From a virus, in IMG/VR virus record IMGVR_UViG_3300049215_000223, positions 32,001 to 96,000 of that record: a stretch of DNA of 64,000 bases. One strand, 5' to 3'. Every line of letters starts with the position of its first letter. The first letter of the stretch is position 1. The notes beneath the pieces are model-generated. The model made no database searches. It had not been told where the DNA came from and worked only from the letters and a program-made list of their open reading frames with translations. Both the position numbers and the translations under genes were made by a program. Positions 17,519-25,468 of this stretch are shown here, piece after piece.

Positions 17519-18168
17519 GAGGATGACGAGTCGTAATATTCATCGAACACTTCTTCGGTAAGTCCTGCGTCAATCAAAATAGGACGACCATCTTTGGTTC
17601 CCCAGGAAGATATCCTAGCAATGTCTCCTGCCAGTAAATCAAATTTTTCGCCTAGACGTTTCATTTCTTTATAAACCTCTGAGTCGGCAACCTTATCAAA
17701 TCCTTTAGGCTTTTCTGAGGTGGACTTCAAACCATATCTAAGAGCCTCACCAAAATCATCAAAATCTAGCCCAGTCATCTCTTTGAAATCTTTGGTAGTT
17801 ATCTTGTCTAAATAGTGTGTTTCTAGCCAGGAGTGATTCTTTGCGCAACTGATGATTTCATTGATGAACTTGGACTTCATCTTAGGGTTGCATTCCACTT
17901 CGTTTTGAGCAATTCCTTTGTCATTCTTAGCCATTTTAACAACTGTCTTATCAGGTGTCAAATACACAATTCTGGAGGAGCCAGAGGATAAGTGCTCTAA
18001 GTTTTTCTCAGCATATTCCTTGCGGGCGGTATACGTTTCCAGCCCTTCCAAGTTCTTTAGGATTGTCTTTAGATCCTTAGAATCGGCAGGCAGCTCTTCG
18101 CTTTCGGCTAGCGATTGGAAGAAATGGGCTAATTTGAGCAACTTATTGATATCCATACGATAATGCAA
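17515..18168 (-). CDS. Protein-kinase-like fold protein (degenerate)
   Basis: SSGSSRIVY, VVKMAK, QNEVE, GDIARISSWG, LIDAG; likely start MDINK at 18156. Confidence 0.6.
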   Translation of the reverse strand: MHYRMDINKLLKLAHFFQSLAESEELPADSKDLKTILKNLEGLETYTARKEYAEKNLEHLSSGSSRIVYLTPDKTVVKMAKNDKGIAQNEVECNPKMKSKFINEIISCAKNHSWLETHYLDKITTKDFKEMTGLDFDDFGEALRYGLKSTSEKPKGFDKVADSEVYKEMKRLGEKFDLLAGDIARISSWGTKDGRPILIDAGLTEEVFDEYYDSSSS

Positions 18169-18198
18169 ACTTAGTAATATTACGTTATATTTTAGAAT

Positions 18199-18741
18199 AT
18201 GAACAATGTATCTAAGGAAGAATACCTAAGACTTATTGAAGAATATGTCAATGACCAATATGGTGATAATGATGGCGATGAAACAACCTTAGACGTTGGA
18301 GCATTTGAAGGGGGATGGATCCCCGCCGATCCACCTGCCAAAGAAAGAATGAAAAATGCTCTAGGTGGGGGCAGTAGCTGCATTGATTTAACCACCGCTA
18401 AGAAAGATAAGATTTCAGACGCACTTTACAAATATCACAATATAAAGGTTGGGGAATTCATTATTAGAATTGAAGAATATCACGGCAGACCTGGTAAAAC
18501 TGGTAAGACTGTTAACCTAACAATGGACGTTTCAGTATGGGAAGAAGTATACAGGACCCCATCTGGTACCCCTTGTAAAATGACATATCGTAAGAATTTC
18601 CACCAAGATAATAAATTTGACAAACGACCTTGGCTAAACTACTTTAGTAATAGTGGAGATGCTCATAACATCCCAGCAGATACAGTAGTTGATGTTATTA
18701 GATGGATGCAAGCTCTTAAGAGAATGACTGCGTTTCTTTAA
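18199..18741 (+). CDS. Tagged protein without Zn ribbon (KAFL subtype), paralog of 13518-13943
   Basis: Ends MQALKRMTAFL; IKVG, VWEE, KFDKRPW. Confidence 0.75.
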   Translation: MNNVSKEEYLRLIEEYVNDQYGDNDGDETTLDVGAFEGGWIPADPPAKERMKNALGGGSSCIDLTTAKKDKISDALYKYHNIKVGEFIIRIEEYHGRPGKTGKTVNLTMDVSVWEEVYRTPSGTPCKMTYRKNFHQDNKFDKRPWLNYFSNSGDAHNIPADTVVDVIRWMQALKRMTAFL

Positions 18742-19379
18742 GAGAACAATATTAATTTTTCTAATCTTTTCAAAGTCTCATCATGAGATGTAAATGGAAT
18801 TAAACCTGTATGCAAATGATTAGTTAATTCATCAGTTATATATTTATTTTCTCTCAAAGATTTAACTTTACCATAATTAATAAAAGTTTCCTTGGATTTA
18901 TAGTATGTTACCATGCTGTATACTTTATAGCCACCTAACATTGCTGGCTTAATTAGCCAACATTGTTCAGTGTGAACTGATAATTCTCCAATAGAGCAAT
19001 TTTTATAATCAAAATTCAAAGGGTTAGTTGCATAATTATATCTTTCACAACTATTACAGTGTTTGTAAATCTTATAACCAGCCAAATTTTCATCTAAACT
19101 TTTGAATCGATCCATTAGAAATCGTGGAGATACATCCTCATATCTAATTTCATCGTGAGTAAAAAATTCTATTCTAAGAGAGTTGTCATCGAATCCAAAA
19201 GAATAACCAACCTTGTAGTGCTTCTGCTTTTTGGTCAAACCATCTAACGGAAACAGAATCAACATACGATTATCTTCAAACCTAATTTTTTGTCTTCTGT
19301 TAGAGTGAAATGCAATGTTCAATGGGTTTTGACAGATAGGGCACTCTTTTTTATAATCAAGGAATTCGCGTAGTTTCAT
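18738..19379 (-). CDS. FS-tag family, long (double-unit) form
   Basis: FLDYKKECPIC, second CNSC; ends TLKRLEKLILFS. Confidence 0.85.
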   Translation of the reverse strand: MKLREFLDYKKECPICQNPLNIAFHSNRRQKIRFEDNRMLILFPLDGLTKKQKHYKVGYSFGFDDNSLRIEFFTHDEIRYEDVSPRFLMDRFKSLDENLAGYKIYKHCNSCERYNYATNPLNFDYKNCSIGELSVHTEQCWLIKPAMLGGYKVYSMVTYYKSKETFINYGKVKSLRENKYITDELTNHLHTGLIPFTSHDETLKRLEKLILFS

Positions 19380-20218
19380 GGGATAGTCTTACAGCATCTA
19401 AAACCGGTATCATAATAGGAAAATGTGGGTCCATGACCATCTGTTCGGGGGCTGCAACGATTTCTAACGCCATGTGGGTGTCCACCCTTAAATACAGATA
19501 CATAAGGTGTGCCGCCTGATGAAACTGCCCACTCATCGGCATTCCCCGTCATATCATATACTCCATATGGTGAGATACAGTTTGGCATTGAACCGGAAGG
19601 AACAGTTTTATCTAGTTGCTCAAAGGTATGTGTTGCTGGGTCTTGCCAAGGTAAATCTATACGGCAAGCATTGGTATCACGAACATACCCATAAGGGTAT
19701 GGAAGATCACTTGGACCTCGACAAGCTTGCGTCCATTCTGTATCTACACAGAGACGTTTACCTTCTGATTCACAAGTCGCTTTAGCTTGATTCCAAGTAG
19801 TTTGCAATTGAGGTTTACTTCCTAATTTATTTGGATATTCGTATTTATCAATACAAAAATTCATGTGTCTAGTCTGACCTTTACAGACCGTTGGCTTCTG
19901 GAACTCCCCGCACCTCATCGGAGAACTCCACTCTTCACAAGTACCAGCATCGTCTTTCTTTACACAAAGAGGAGCATCTAGCCATTTGAGGCAAATCTCT
20001 TCTAGATTTATGCAATATTCTCCGGTTATTTGAACCATATCAGATGGGCAGGTAGATACTGGTTGCACCACAACATCATCTAATGTCAGATCTATAGGGC
20101 TAGAATCTTTTGTTATTGTCTGTGCTCCAATCCGAGATGAAAATTTCTCCGTAGCACAACTCGTTAAAACCAACAAAACTAAAATACAAATACTACTGCG
20201 TCTCATGCAACCTCGCAC
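19376..20218 (-). CDS. FGE-sulfatase (SUMF1) domain lipoprotein
   Basis: Lipobox LTSC; CPSDMV, FCIDKYEYPN, GKRLC..EW..AC, YPYG, GVYDMTGNADEW, GFRCC. Confidence 0.9.
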   Translation of the reverse strand: MRGCMRRSSICILVLLVLTSCATEKFSSRIGAQTITKDSSPIDLTLDDVVVQPVSTCPSDMVQITGEYCINLEEICLKWLDAPLCVKKDDAGTCEEWSSPMRCGEFQKPTVCKGQTRHMNFCIDKYEYPNKLGSKPQLQTTWNQAKATCESEGKRLCVDTEWTQACRGPSDLPYPYGYVRDTNACRIDLPWQDPATHTFEQLDKTVPSGSMPNCISPYGVYDMTGNADEWAVSSGGTPYVSVFKGGHPHGVRNRCSPRTDGHGPTFSYYDTGFRCCKTIP

Positions 20219-20252
20219 CCATATAATATAGCCACAGTGGGGCGAAGTGCAA

Positions 20253-20951
20253 CTAAGAAAACAATAACAGCGTCTTGAGTTTATTCAGTAAAAATTCATG
20301 CTCCAGAGGATACCTTAAAAATTTCTCCGAATTCATTTGTATAACTTGCTGCGTCCCCAAGATGTAGGGTGGCATTGGCATATTGTAAGTAATGCTAGTA
20401 GTCTCTGTTGCAAAATCAGTTTTGAAATAATACTTCATTCTCATACCATTGAGAATGAAGTATTCCGATATAAGAGTAATTGGTTTTAGCTGCATCATGT
20501 CCATGTCAAAAATAATAGGTCCTGTAGATAATTGGTATCTGTACTGACAGCTGGAATGATGGGAGCACTGCAATCTTAGATTGATATTGAATCCAGTTTG
20601 TAACTGTTGAGTAAAGTGTCTCTTAACAAAATCATCCGGTGATGTACTGTATTCCGTGACTGTAGAGACTCCACCCGTTTCATAATATTCAGACTTAATA
20701 CTACAGGACGGATCTTTTAAGTTAGCAAGTATAAGAAAATATACCTGTCCTGATGGAGAAAGACGAGATTCCAAACAGCATGGGAAGGCTACCTGATCTC
20801 CCCCTTTAACTAACTTATAAGCACTCATTGGCTTGATAACAGTATAATCATCATCCATATGAATACCATGATTGAATACGATGGATAAAGGATTACCGCA
20901 TAGACAATTAGTCCTGAAGTTGAAGAGCTGCTCAAATGTCGCAAGTTGCAT
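20253..20951 (-). CDS. FS-tag family, long (double-unit) form; first gene of the array
   Basis: LFNFRTNCLC, second CSHHSSC; ends LLNKLKTLLLFS-TAG; GGAGG SD. Confidence 0.85.
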   Translation of the reverse strand: MQLATFEQLFNFRTNCLCGNPLSIVFNHGIHMDDDYTVIKPMSAYKLVKGGDQVAFPCCLESRLSPSGQVYFLILANLKDPSCSIKSEYYETGGVSTVTEYSTSPDDFVKRHFTQQLQTGFNINLRLQCSHHSSCQYRYQLSTGPIIFDMDMMQLKPITLISEYFILNGMRMKYYFKTDFATETTSITYNMPMPPYILGTQQVIQMNSEKFLRYPLEHEFLLNKLKTLLLFS

Positions 20952-21020
20952 GATCGTCTATATAACTCCCTCCCCCTATAAGATCCCCCATGCGAATGTC
21001 GAGATCGGGTTGGGCAAAAA

Positions 21021-21060
21021 GAAAAAATAAAGAGCGGCAAACTTTGACATTTGCCGCTCT
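21021..21060 (-). terminator. Rho-independent terminator upstream of the array
   Basis: Stem AGAGCGGCAAA (21031-21041) / TTTGCCGCTCT (21050-21060), T-run on the minus strand. Confidence 0.85.
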
Positions 21061-21143
21061 AAGATTAAGCTATGGGTTGTGTACGCTACCGAACTAACAG
21101 ACCTGGTAGTGGGTCATTACATAACTACCCGACACTCGGATTA

Positions 21144-21656
21144 TTAAAATGGTGCTTTGGTTACTAAGCCTGGATTTTTAACTTGTAGGTAAACTTCTTT
21201 AATAGCGTCGGCAGTTCCTGGTTTGCTATAAGTCTTTTTGAACTCACTAATGGCTTTTTGGGTCTCTGGACCTAATATGCCGTCTACTTTTATTGGAAGT
21301 ATTTTACCGTATGGTACTAATATTTGGTTTAATTGATCTTGAGTTTCTTTTGAAACAGATGGTGCGGTCGGAGCAACAGTTGCGGGAGGAGCAGGTGCAT
21401 CCTCTTTGGTTACCATATCTTTCCAGCTTTTTAATGGCTTATCTTCTACTCCGGACAATTGCTCACGCAAAGTAAGCTTCCTACCACCAGGCGTTCCTGG
21501 TGAACCTGGAGTTTTAACGGTTGGTCCAGTCAATGTTGCTTGTGGTACTGGTATTTGTCCTTGTGCTATTGCTTGTAAGAATGTAGCGCGGTCGCCATAA
21601 ACGGCAAGTTTCTCAAATTCTTCAGCTCTTTTTAACAATGAATCATATTTCTTCAT
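21144..21656 (-). CDS. Protein with C-terminal peptidoglycan-binding (PG_binding_1-like) domain
   Basis: IKVDGILGPETQKAISEFKK; Pro/Thr linker; N-terminal LLKRAEEFEKLA. Confidence 0.7.
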   Translation of the reverse strand: MKKYDSLLKRAEEFEKLAVYGDRATFLQAIAQGQIPVPQATLTGPTVKTPGSPGTPGGRKLTLREQLSGVEDKPLKSWKDMVTKEDAPAPPATVAPTAPSVSKETQDQLNQILVPYGKILPIKVDGILGPETQKAISEFKKTYSKPGTADAIKEVYLQVKNPGLVTKAPF

Positions 21657-21707
21657 ATTTAAGCACCTTCTGAAAATACTACAAAATATATGTTGTTATG
21701 CCTAGCA

Positions 21708-22400
21708 TTATTCATCATCATCGTCATCTTCTTCTTCATTTTCAGGGAGAGGGTAACAATGATCATCGTCATGGTTAATGGGTATTTCTTCTAATAATTC
21801 TCCCAATCCCTCTGATTCGGGTCTGAGTTTATCCCCAAATACACCTTCATCAATACCATTTCCCTCTAGATTTTCTACTCCAAATAGTTCTAATGCACCT
21901 AATCCTTCAGGGCGCCTTGGACTCAAATGGAAATGTGGCTTTGGATTCTCTGGGGTCTGAGTTTGAGGCGGGGCAAGAGGGTGTGGGAATGGTGAACAGG
22001 CTGAATTGGAGCCTTTGATGCCATTTATCAAATTCCAAATATTGAGTCGCATAACTGGCAAAGTTAGTCCAGGAGGACCGAAGTTATTTTTTTCTACACT
22101 GGCAAGACCCGCCTTGGCAAAAATAACAATATCAGCCAGGTTTCGGTTGGTATAATCCCTGAAGTCAGGTAGCACCACCAAAATTCTCAGACGCTGGAGG
22201 TGCACATTACTTGGATAATTTGGATCTGCCGCCACTCTAGCATTGAATTCAATTAGACTCATAGCCTCATTGATTTCTAATTGCTTTGCTAAAGTAGATT
22301 CAATACTTTGGTTTTGGCTGGTATCAGTTTGCAACAAACCCAAAACACTTGAGTTAATGGTGTCGTTGACAAAGATGATAATTCCTGGCATTTGACTCAT
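21708..22400 (-). CDS. Hypothetical protein with acidic C-terminal tail
   Basis: 230 aa ORF ending EEEDDDDDE. Confidence 0.7.
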   Translation of the reverse strand: MSQMPGIIIFVNDTINSSVLGLLQTDTSQNQSIESTLAKQLEINEAMSLIEFNARVAADPNYPSNVHLQRLRILVVLPDFRDYTNRNLADIVIFAKAGLASVEKNNFGPPGLTLPVMRLNIWNLINGIKGSNSACSPFPHPLAPPQTQTPENPKPHFHLSPRRPEGLGALELFGVENLEGNGIDEGVFGDKLRPESEGLGELLEEIPINHDDDHCYPLPENEEEDDDDDE

Positions 22401-22422
22401 AATTGTATGATATTTTATCCCA

Positions 22423-22451
22423 TTGACAATTTAAAGGATCGTGATTAAGTT
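22423..22451 (+). promoter_or_regulatory. sigma70-type promoter for the dut operon
   Basis: TTGACA-N17-TAAGTT just upstream of dut. Confidence 0.55.
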
Positions 22452-22454
22452 GTC

Positions 22455-22976
22455 ATGACATATTTTGGAGAAACCATGATTGATAATCCTACTTTTCGTT
22501 TTGCTATTAGAGAAGACTTATCAGACCAAGAAGATAAGTTTGTACCGTCACGTGGCACTGAACGTGCGACTGGCTGGGATGTGCGAGCCGCAATGAAAGA
22601 CCATCAAAATCTAGTAATACGTGCAGGTTTCTATTACAAAATTCCGCTGGGGTTTCGCGTTTTTGCGCCTGAAGGCTGGTGGTTAGAACTACGTCCCCGT
22701 TCCTCAACCTTTGGCAAAAAGCAATTACATTCTTTATATGGTGTTATAGATGAGGACTACGAAGGCGAGTGCCTATTTGCCTGCCAATATCTACCGGATA
22801 TTAGAAGCATGGGCGCGGACCTCACAATTGAATTTGGAGAAGCCATTGGTCAGATTCTTCCCGTCAAAAGACAAGAAATGCAAGTCGAGAAAATCTCGAA
22901 CGAAGATTACCAACGTGCATGTCAGGCAAGAAATGCCAAAAGAGGAGCTGGGGGCTTTGGCTCAACAGGAAAGTAA
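22455..22976 (+). CDS. dut: dUTPase (trimeric type)
   Basis: Five motifs: ATGWDV, RPRSS, GVIDEDYEGE, GQI, RGAGGFGSTG. Confidence 0.92.
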   Translation: MTYFGETMIDNPTFRFAIREDLSDQEDKFVPSRGTERATGWDVRAAMKDHQNLVIRAGFYYKIPLGFRVFAPEGWWLELRPRSSTFGKKQLHSLYGVIDEDYEGECLFACQYLPDIRSMGADLTIEFGEAIGQILPVKRQEMQVEKISNEDYQRACQARNAKRGAGGFGSTGK

Positions 22977-22977
22977 T

Positions 22978-23904
22978 ATGATAGATTTATTTGATAACAG
23001 CAAACATTACGAATTGGATCCAGAGAGCTTGAAAAAGAAAGATAATCCAACCGCTCACAAAGAACACGCCCGCACACTATTGGGAGCTAGTGGAAGCACT
23101 GGTCCTATGGGAGCGACAGGGTATATGCCACCCACGGTGGTGGGAGTTACTGGACCCACAGGATCTGCAGGGCATACATTCAGACCCATCGTAACTCCAG
23201 AGGAAGAGGATGTTATTAAAAAGTTCTTTGATGCGAACCCTCAACTCAAGGCTGACAAAGAAAGTATAGATAATTCACGCTATGTAACTAGCGTTTTTGT
23301 TGAAGGAAATGATAGAACTTATAAATATGATCCAGATGTTGAGTGGATTCAAACCTATTCGGGCAGACGTTTTTGTCCAACCAATCCTAATCCAGACGCT
23401 ATTGTCATTCAAGATATTGCTCACTCACTAGCCATGCAGTGCCGCTTTAGCGGGCATGTAAAGAAGTTTTATTCAGTAGCTCAGCATAGCGTATTAGTTA
23501 GTTACATCTGTGACTCTGCTGATGCTCTATGGGGATTGATGCATGACGCTTCAGAAGCTTACCTAGTAGATGTGCCGCGACCGCTAAAGCGCTCCGGTAA
23601 GTTTGATGCTTATTTAAGGTTTGAGGCAGAAATGCAAAGAGCCGTTTGTACCAGATTTGGATTGCCAGAAAAAGAACCGCCTTCAGTCAAGAGGGCTGAT
23701 ACCATATTACTAGCCACAGAAGCTAGAGACTTAATGTCGCCACTACATCCAGATTGGACTCAGGCATGTGATCCATTACCATTCAAGATTGATCCATTGC
23801 CACCAGATAAGGCTAAAGATCTATTCATGAAGAGATTCTTTGAATTGACTGGAATGCCTGGAGCCTATGAACATTATCTGGATTATGAATACAATAACTC
23901 TTGA
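22978..23904 (+). CDS. HD-domain phosphohydrolase (YfbR/5'-deoxynucleotidase-like) with N-terminal extension
   Basis: DIAHSLAMQCRFSGH, YSVAQHS, LMHDASEAY; start set to ATG 22978 after the dut stop. Confidence 0.85.
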   Translation: MIDLFDNSKHYELDPESLKKKDNPTAHKEHARTLLGASGSTGPMGATGYMPPTVVGVTGPTGSAGHTFRPIVTPEEEDVIKKFFDANPQLKADKESIDNSRYVTSVFVEGNDRTYKYDPDVEWIQTYSGRRFCPTNPNPDAIVIQDIAHSLAMQCRFSGHVKKFYSVAQHSVLVSYICDSADALWGLMHDASEAYLVDVPRPLKRSGKFDAYLRFEAEMQRAVCTRFGLPEKEPPSVKRADTILLATEARDLMSPLHPDWTQACDPLPFKIDPLPPDKAKDLFMKRFFELTGMPGAYEHYLDYEYNNS

Positions 23905-23917
23905 TATAGATATATTT

Positions 23918-24307
23918 ATGAAAAATCCTCAATTTGATAAAGCTAAAGCTCAGATAGAAGCTCTCTTTAAAGTAAAGATGGCTGAAGCTGAAACAAAAGA
24001 GCAAGAGACAGAAAAGAAAAATTTAGTTGCCAAGGCAAAAGCTGAGCGTACCCACGCACTTAAAGAATTGACAGCAGCTTTACCTAAACCCAAATACTAC
24101 TACGATGTTAAAGTAGAGTGTATGTTGCCTGCCACTTTGACCTATAGAGTTCTAGCTGAAGATGCTCAGCAAGCGGCTGAACTGATTAAAGGCAAAAGTC
24201 CAAACTCTGTCCAACATAAGTTGATTGGTAGGAAAGAGATGGTTCTTAGAGTTTACGATGCTAGTAGTACGATGATGAGATTTATGAAAAAGCTATTGGG
24301 GGGCTAA
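23918..24307 (+). CDS. Hypothetical protein
   Basis: ORF between HD and SET genes; coiled-coil N-terminus; start uncertain. Confidence 0.7.
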   Translation: MKNPQFDKAKAQIEALFKVKMAEAETKEQETEKKNLVAKAKAERTHALKELTAALPKPKYYYDVKVECMLPATLTYRVLAEDAQQAAELIKGKSPNSVQHKLIGRKEMVLRVYDASSTMMRFMKKLLGG

Positions 24308-24799
24308 ATGTATAAGGATTATCTTAGAAGACTTCCTACAGCAAAAGGTTTTGGAGTTTTCACAACAGTAGTTATTCCTGCCAAAGTACCTATTGTAGAA
24401 TTTAAAGGTGATTTGTTTTTAACAGATCAAGTTAAACATGATAGTGAATATATTCTTCAGATTGGTATCAATACCTTTTTAGGTCCATCCGGAGAAATAG
24501 ACGACTATATTAATCATAGCTGTAATCCGAATTGCTTAGTTCATATTGTTGGTAATAGAGCTATACTTTATTCCATGTATCTCATTCCAGCTAATATAGA
24601 ATTAACCTTTGATTATTCAACAACTGCTACCGACACTCCAGAAGAGTGGAGCATGTCTTGTCAGTGTGGATCTTCCAATTGCCGAAGAACAATTAGCGGA
24701 TATAATACATTAGATCGGCAGGCAAAGGATAGTTATAAGAATGCTAATGCGCTTCCGTTGTACATAACTAATCCAAGTATGGTTCAAAAGAAATTCTAA
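24308..24799 (+). CDS. SET-domain lysine methyltransferase with post-SET Cys cluster
   Basis: KGFGVF, YINHSCNPN, ELTFDY, CQCGSSNCR. Confidence 0.92.
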   Translation: MYKDYLRRLPTAKGFGVFTTVVIPAKVPIVEFKGDLFLTDQVKHDSEYILQIGINTFLGPSGEIDDYINHSCNPNCLVHIVGNRAILYSMYLIPANIELTFDYSTTATDTPEEWSMSCQCGSSNCRRTISGYNTLDRQAKDSYKNANALPLYITNPSMVQKKF

Positions 24800-24814
24800 T
24801 ATTTAAGAGGAAAG

Positions 24815-25468
24815 ATGAGTTTATTATATTATGTAATCGATACAGAAACTACTGGATTAAAAGCTGGCTATAATGAAATGACCGAAATAGGTATCATACG
24901 TTGTACAGATCGTGTGCAACTATGGCGACAAATCAGATGTGAATATCCTGAAAGAGCAAACTTCGATGCTCTTGCCATTACCAAAAAGACTATGGCAGAT
25001 TTGGATAAAGGGTTTAACAAAGAAGCAGTAGTTGGAGAGTGTAATAAGTTCTTTGCAGAAGATGGGGCAACTTCGGCTCATCGATGCATCGTCGCACACA
25101 ATGCACCCTTTGATAGGCGCTTTTTGCATGCTCTTTGGGAATCATGTGGTTTAGAATTTCCAGCCAACTTATGGCTAGATACCATCGCCCTAACTAAGGA
25201 CTACGCCAAGAAAGTAGGGCTGGTTGCACCAAATGTCAAGCAATCTTTTGCCTTACACCCAGCTTGTGACTTGGTGGGAATCAAAAAAATCTCTGAAGCT
25301 CACAATGCTAAAGTCGATAGTAGAAACACTTTCTTACTGCATCGCCATCTTGTGGAAGAGAAGAAATGGGATTACCTTCCTTTCGTCAAGACAGCTGTTC
25401 ATACTGTAACGACACAGCCAGTTGCAGATGATGATGAGGGATTAGATCCATCATTACTTGATTTATGA
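24815..25468 (+). CDS. DEDDh 3'-5' exonuclease (DnaQ-like)
   Basis: VIDTETTGL, HNAPFD, HNAKVD. Confidence 0.9.
   Translation: MSLLYYVIDTETTGLKAGYNEMTEIGIIRCTDRVQLWRQIRCEYPERANFDALAITKKTMADLDKGFNKEAVVGECNKFFAEDGATSAHRCIVAHNAPFDRRFLHALWESCGLEFPANLWLDTIALTKDYAKKVGLVAPNVKQSFALHPACDLVGIKKISEAHNAKVDSRNTFLLHRHLVEEKKWDYLPFVKTAVHTVTTQPVADDDEGLDPSLLDL

Noticed and set aside
21061-21143. Possible tRNA or ncRNA in the intergenic gap
   Set aside because: No cloverleaf, no T-loop GTTC motif and no convincing stems seen
22750-22977. Longer 384-aa version of the HD gene
   Set aside because: The extension overlaps dut in another frame; ATG 22978 follows the dut stop directly
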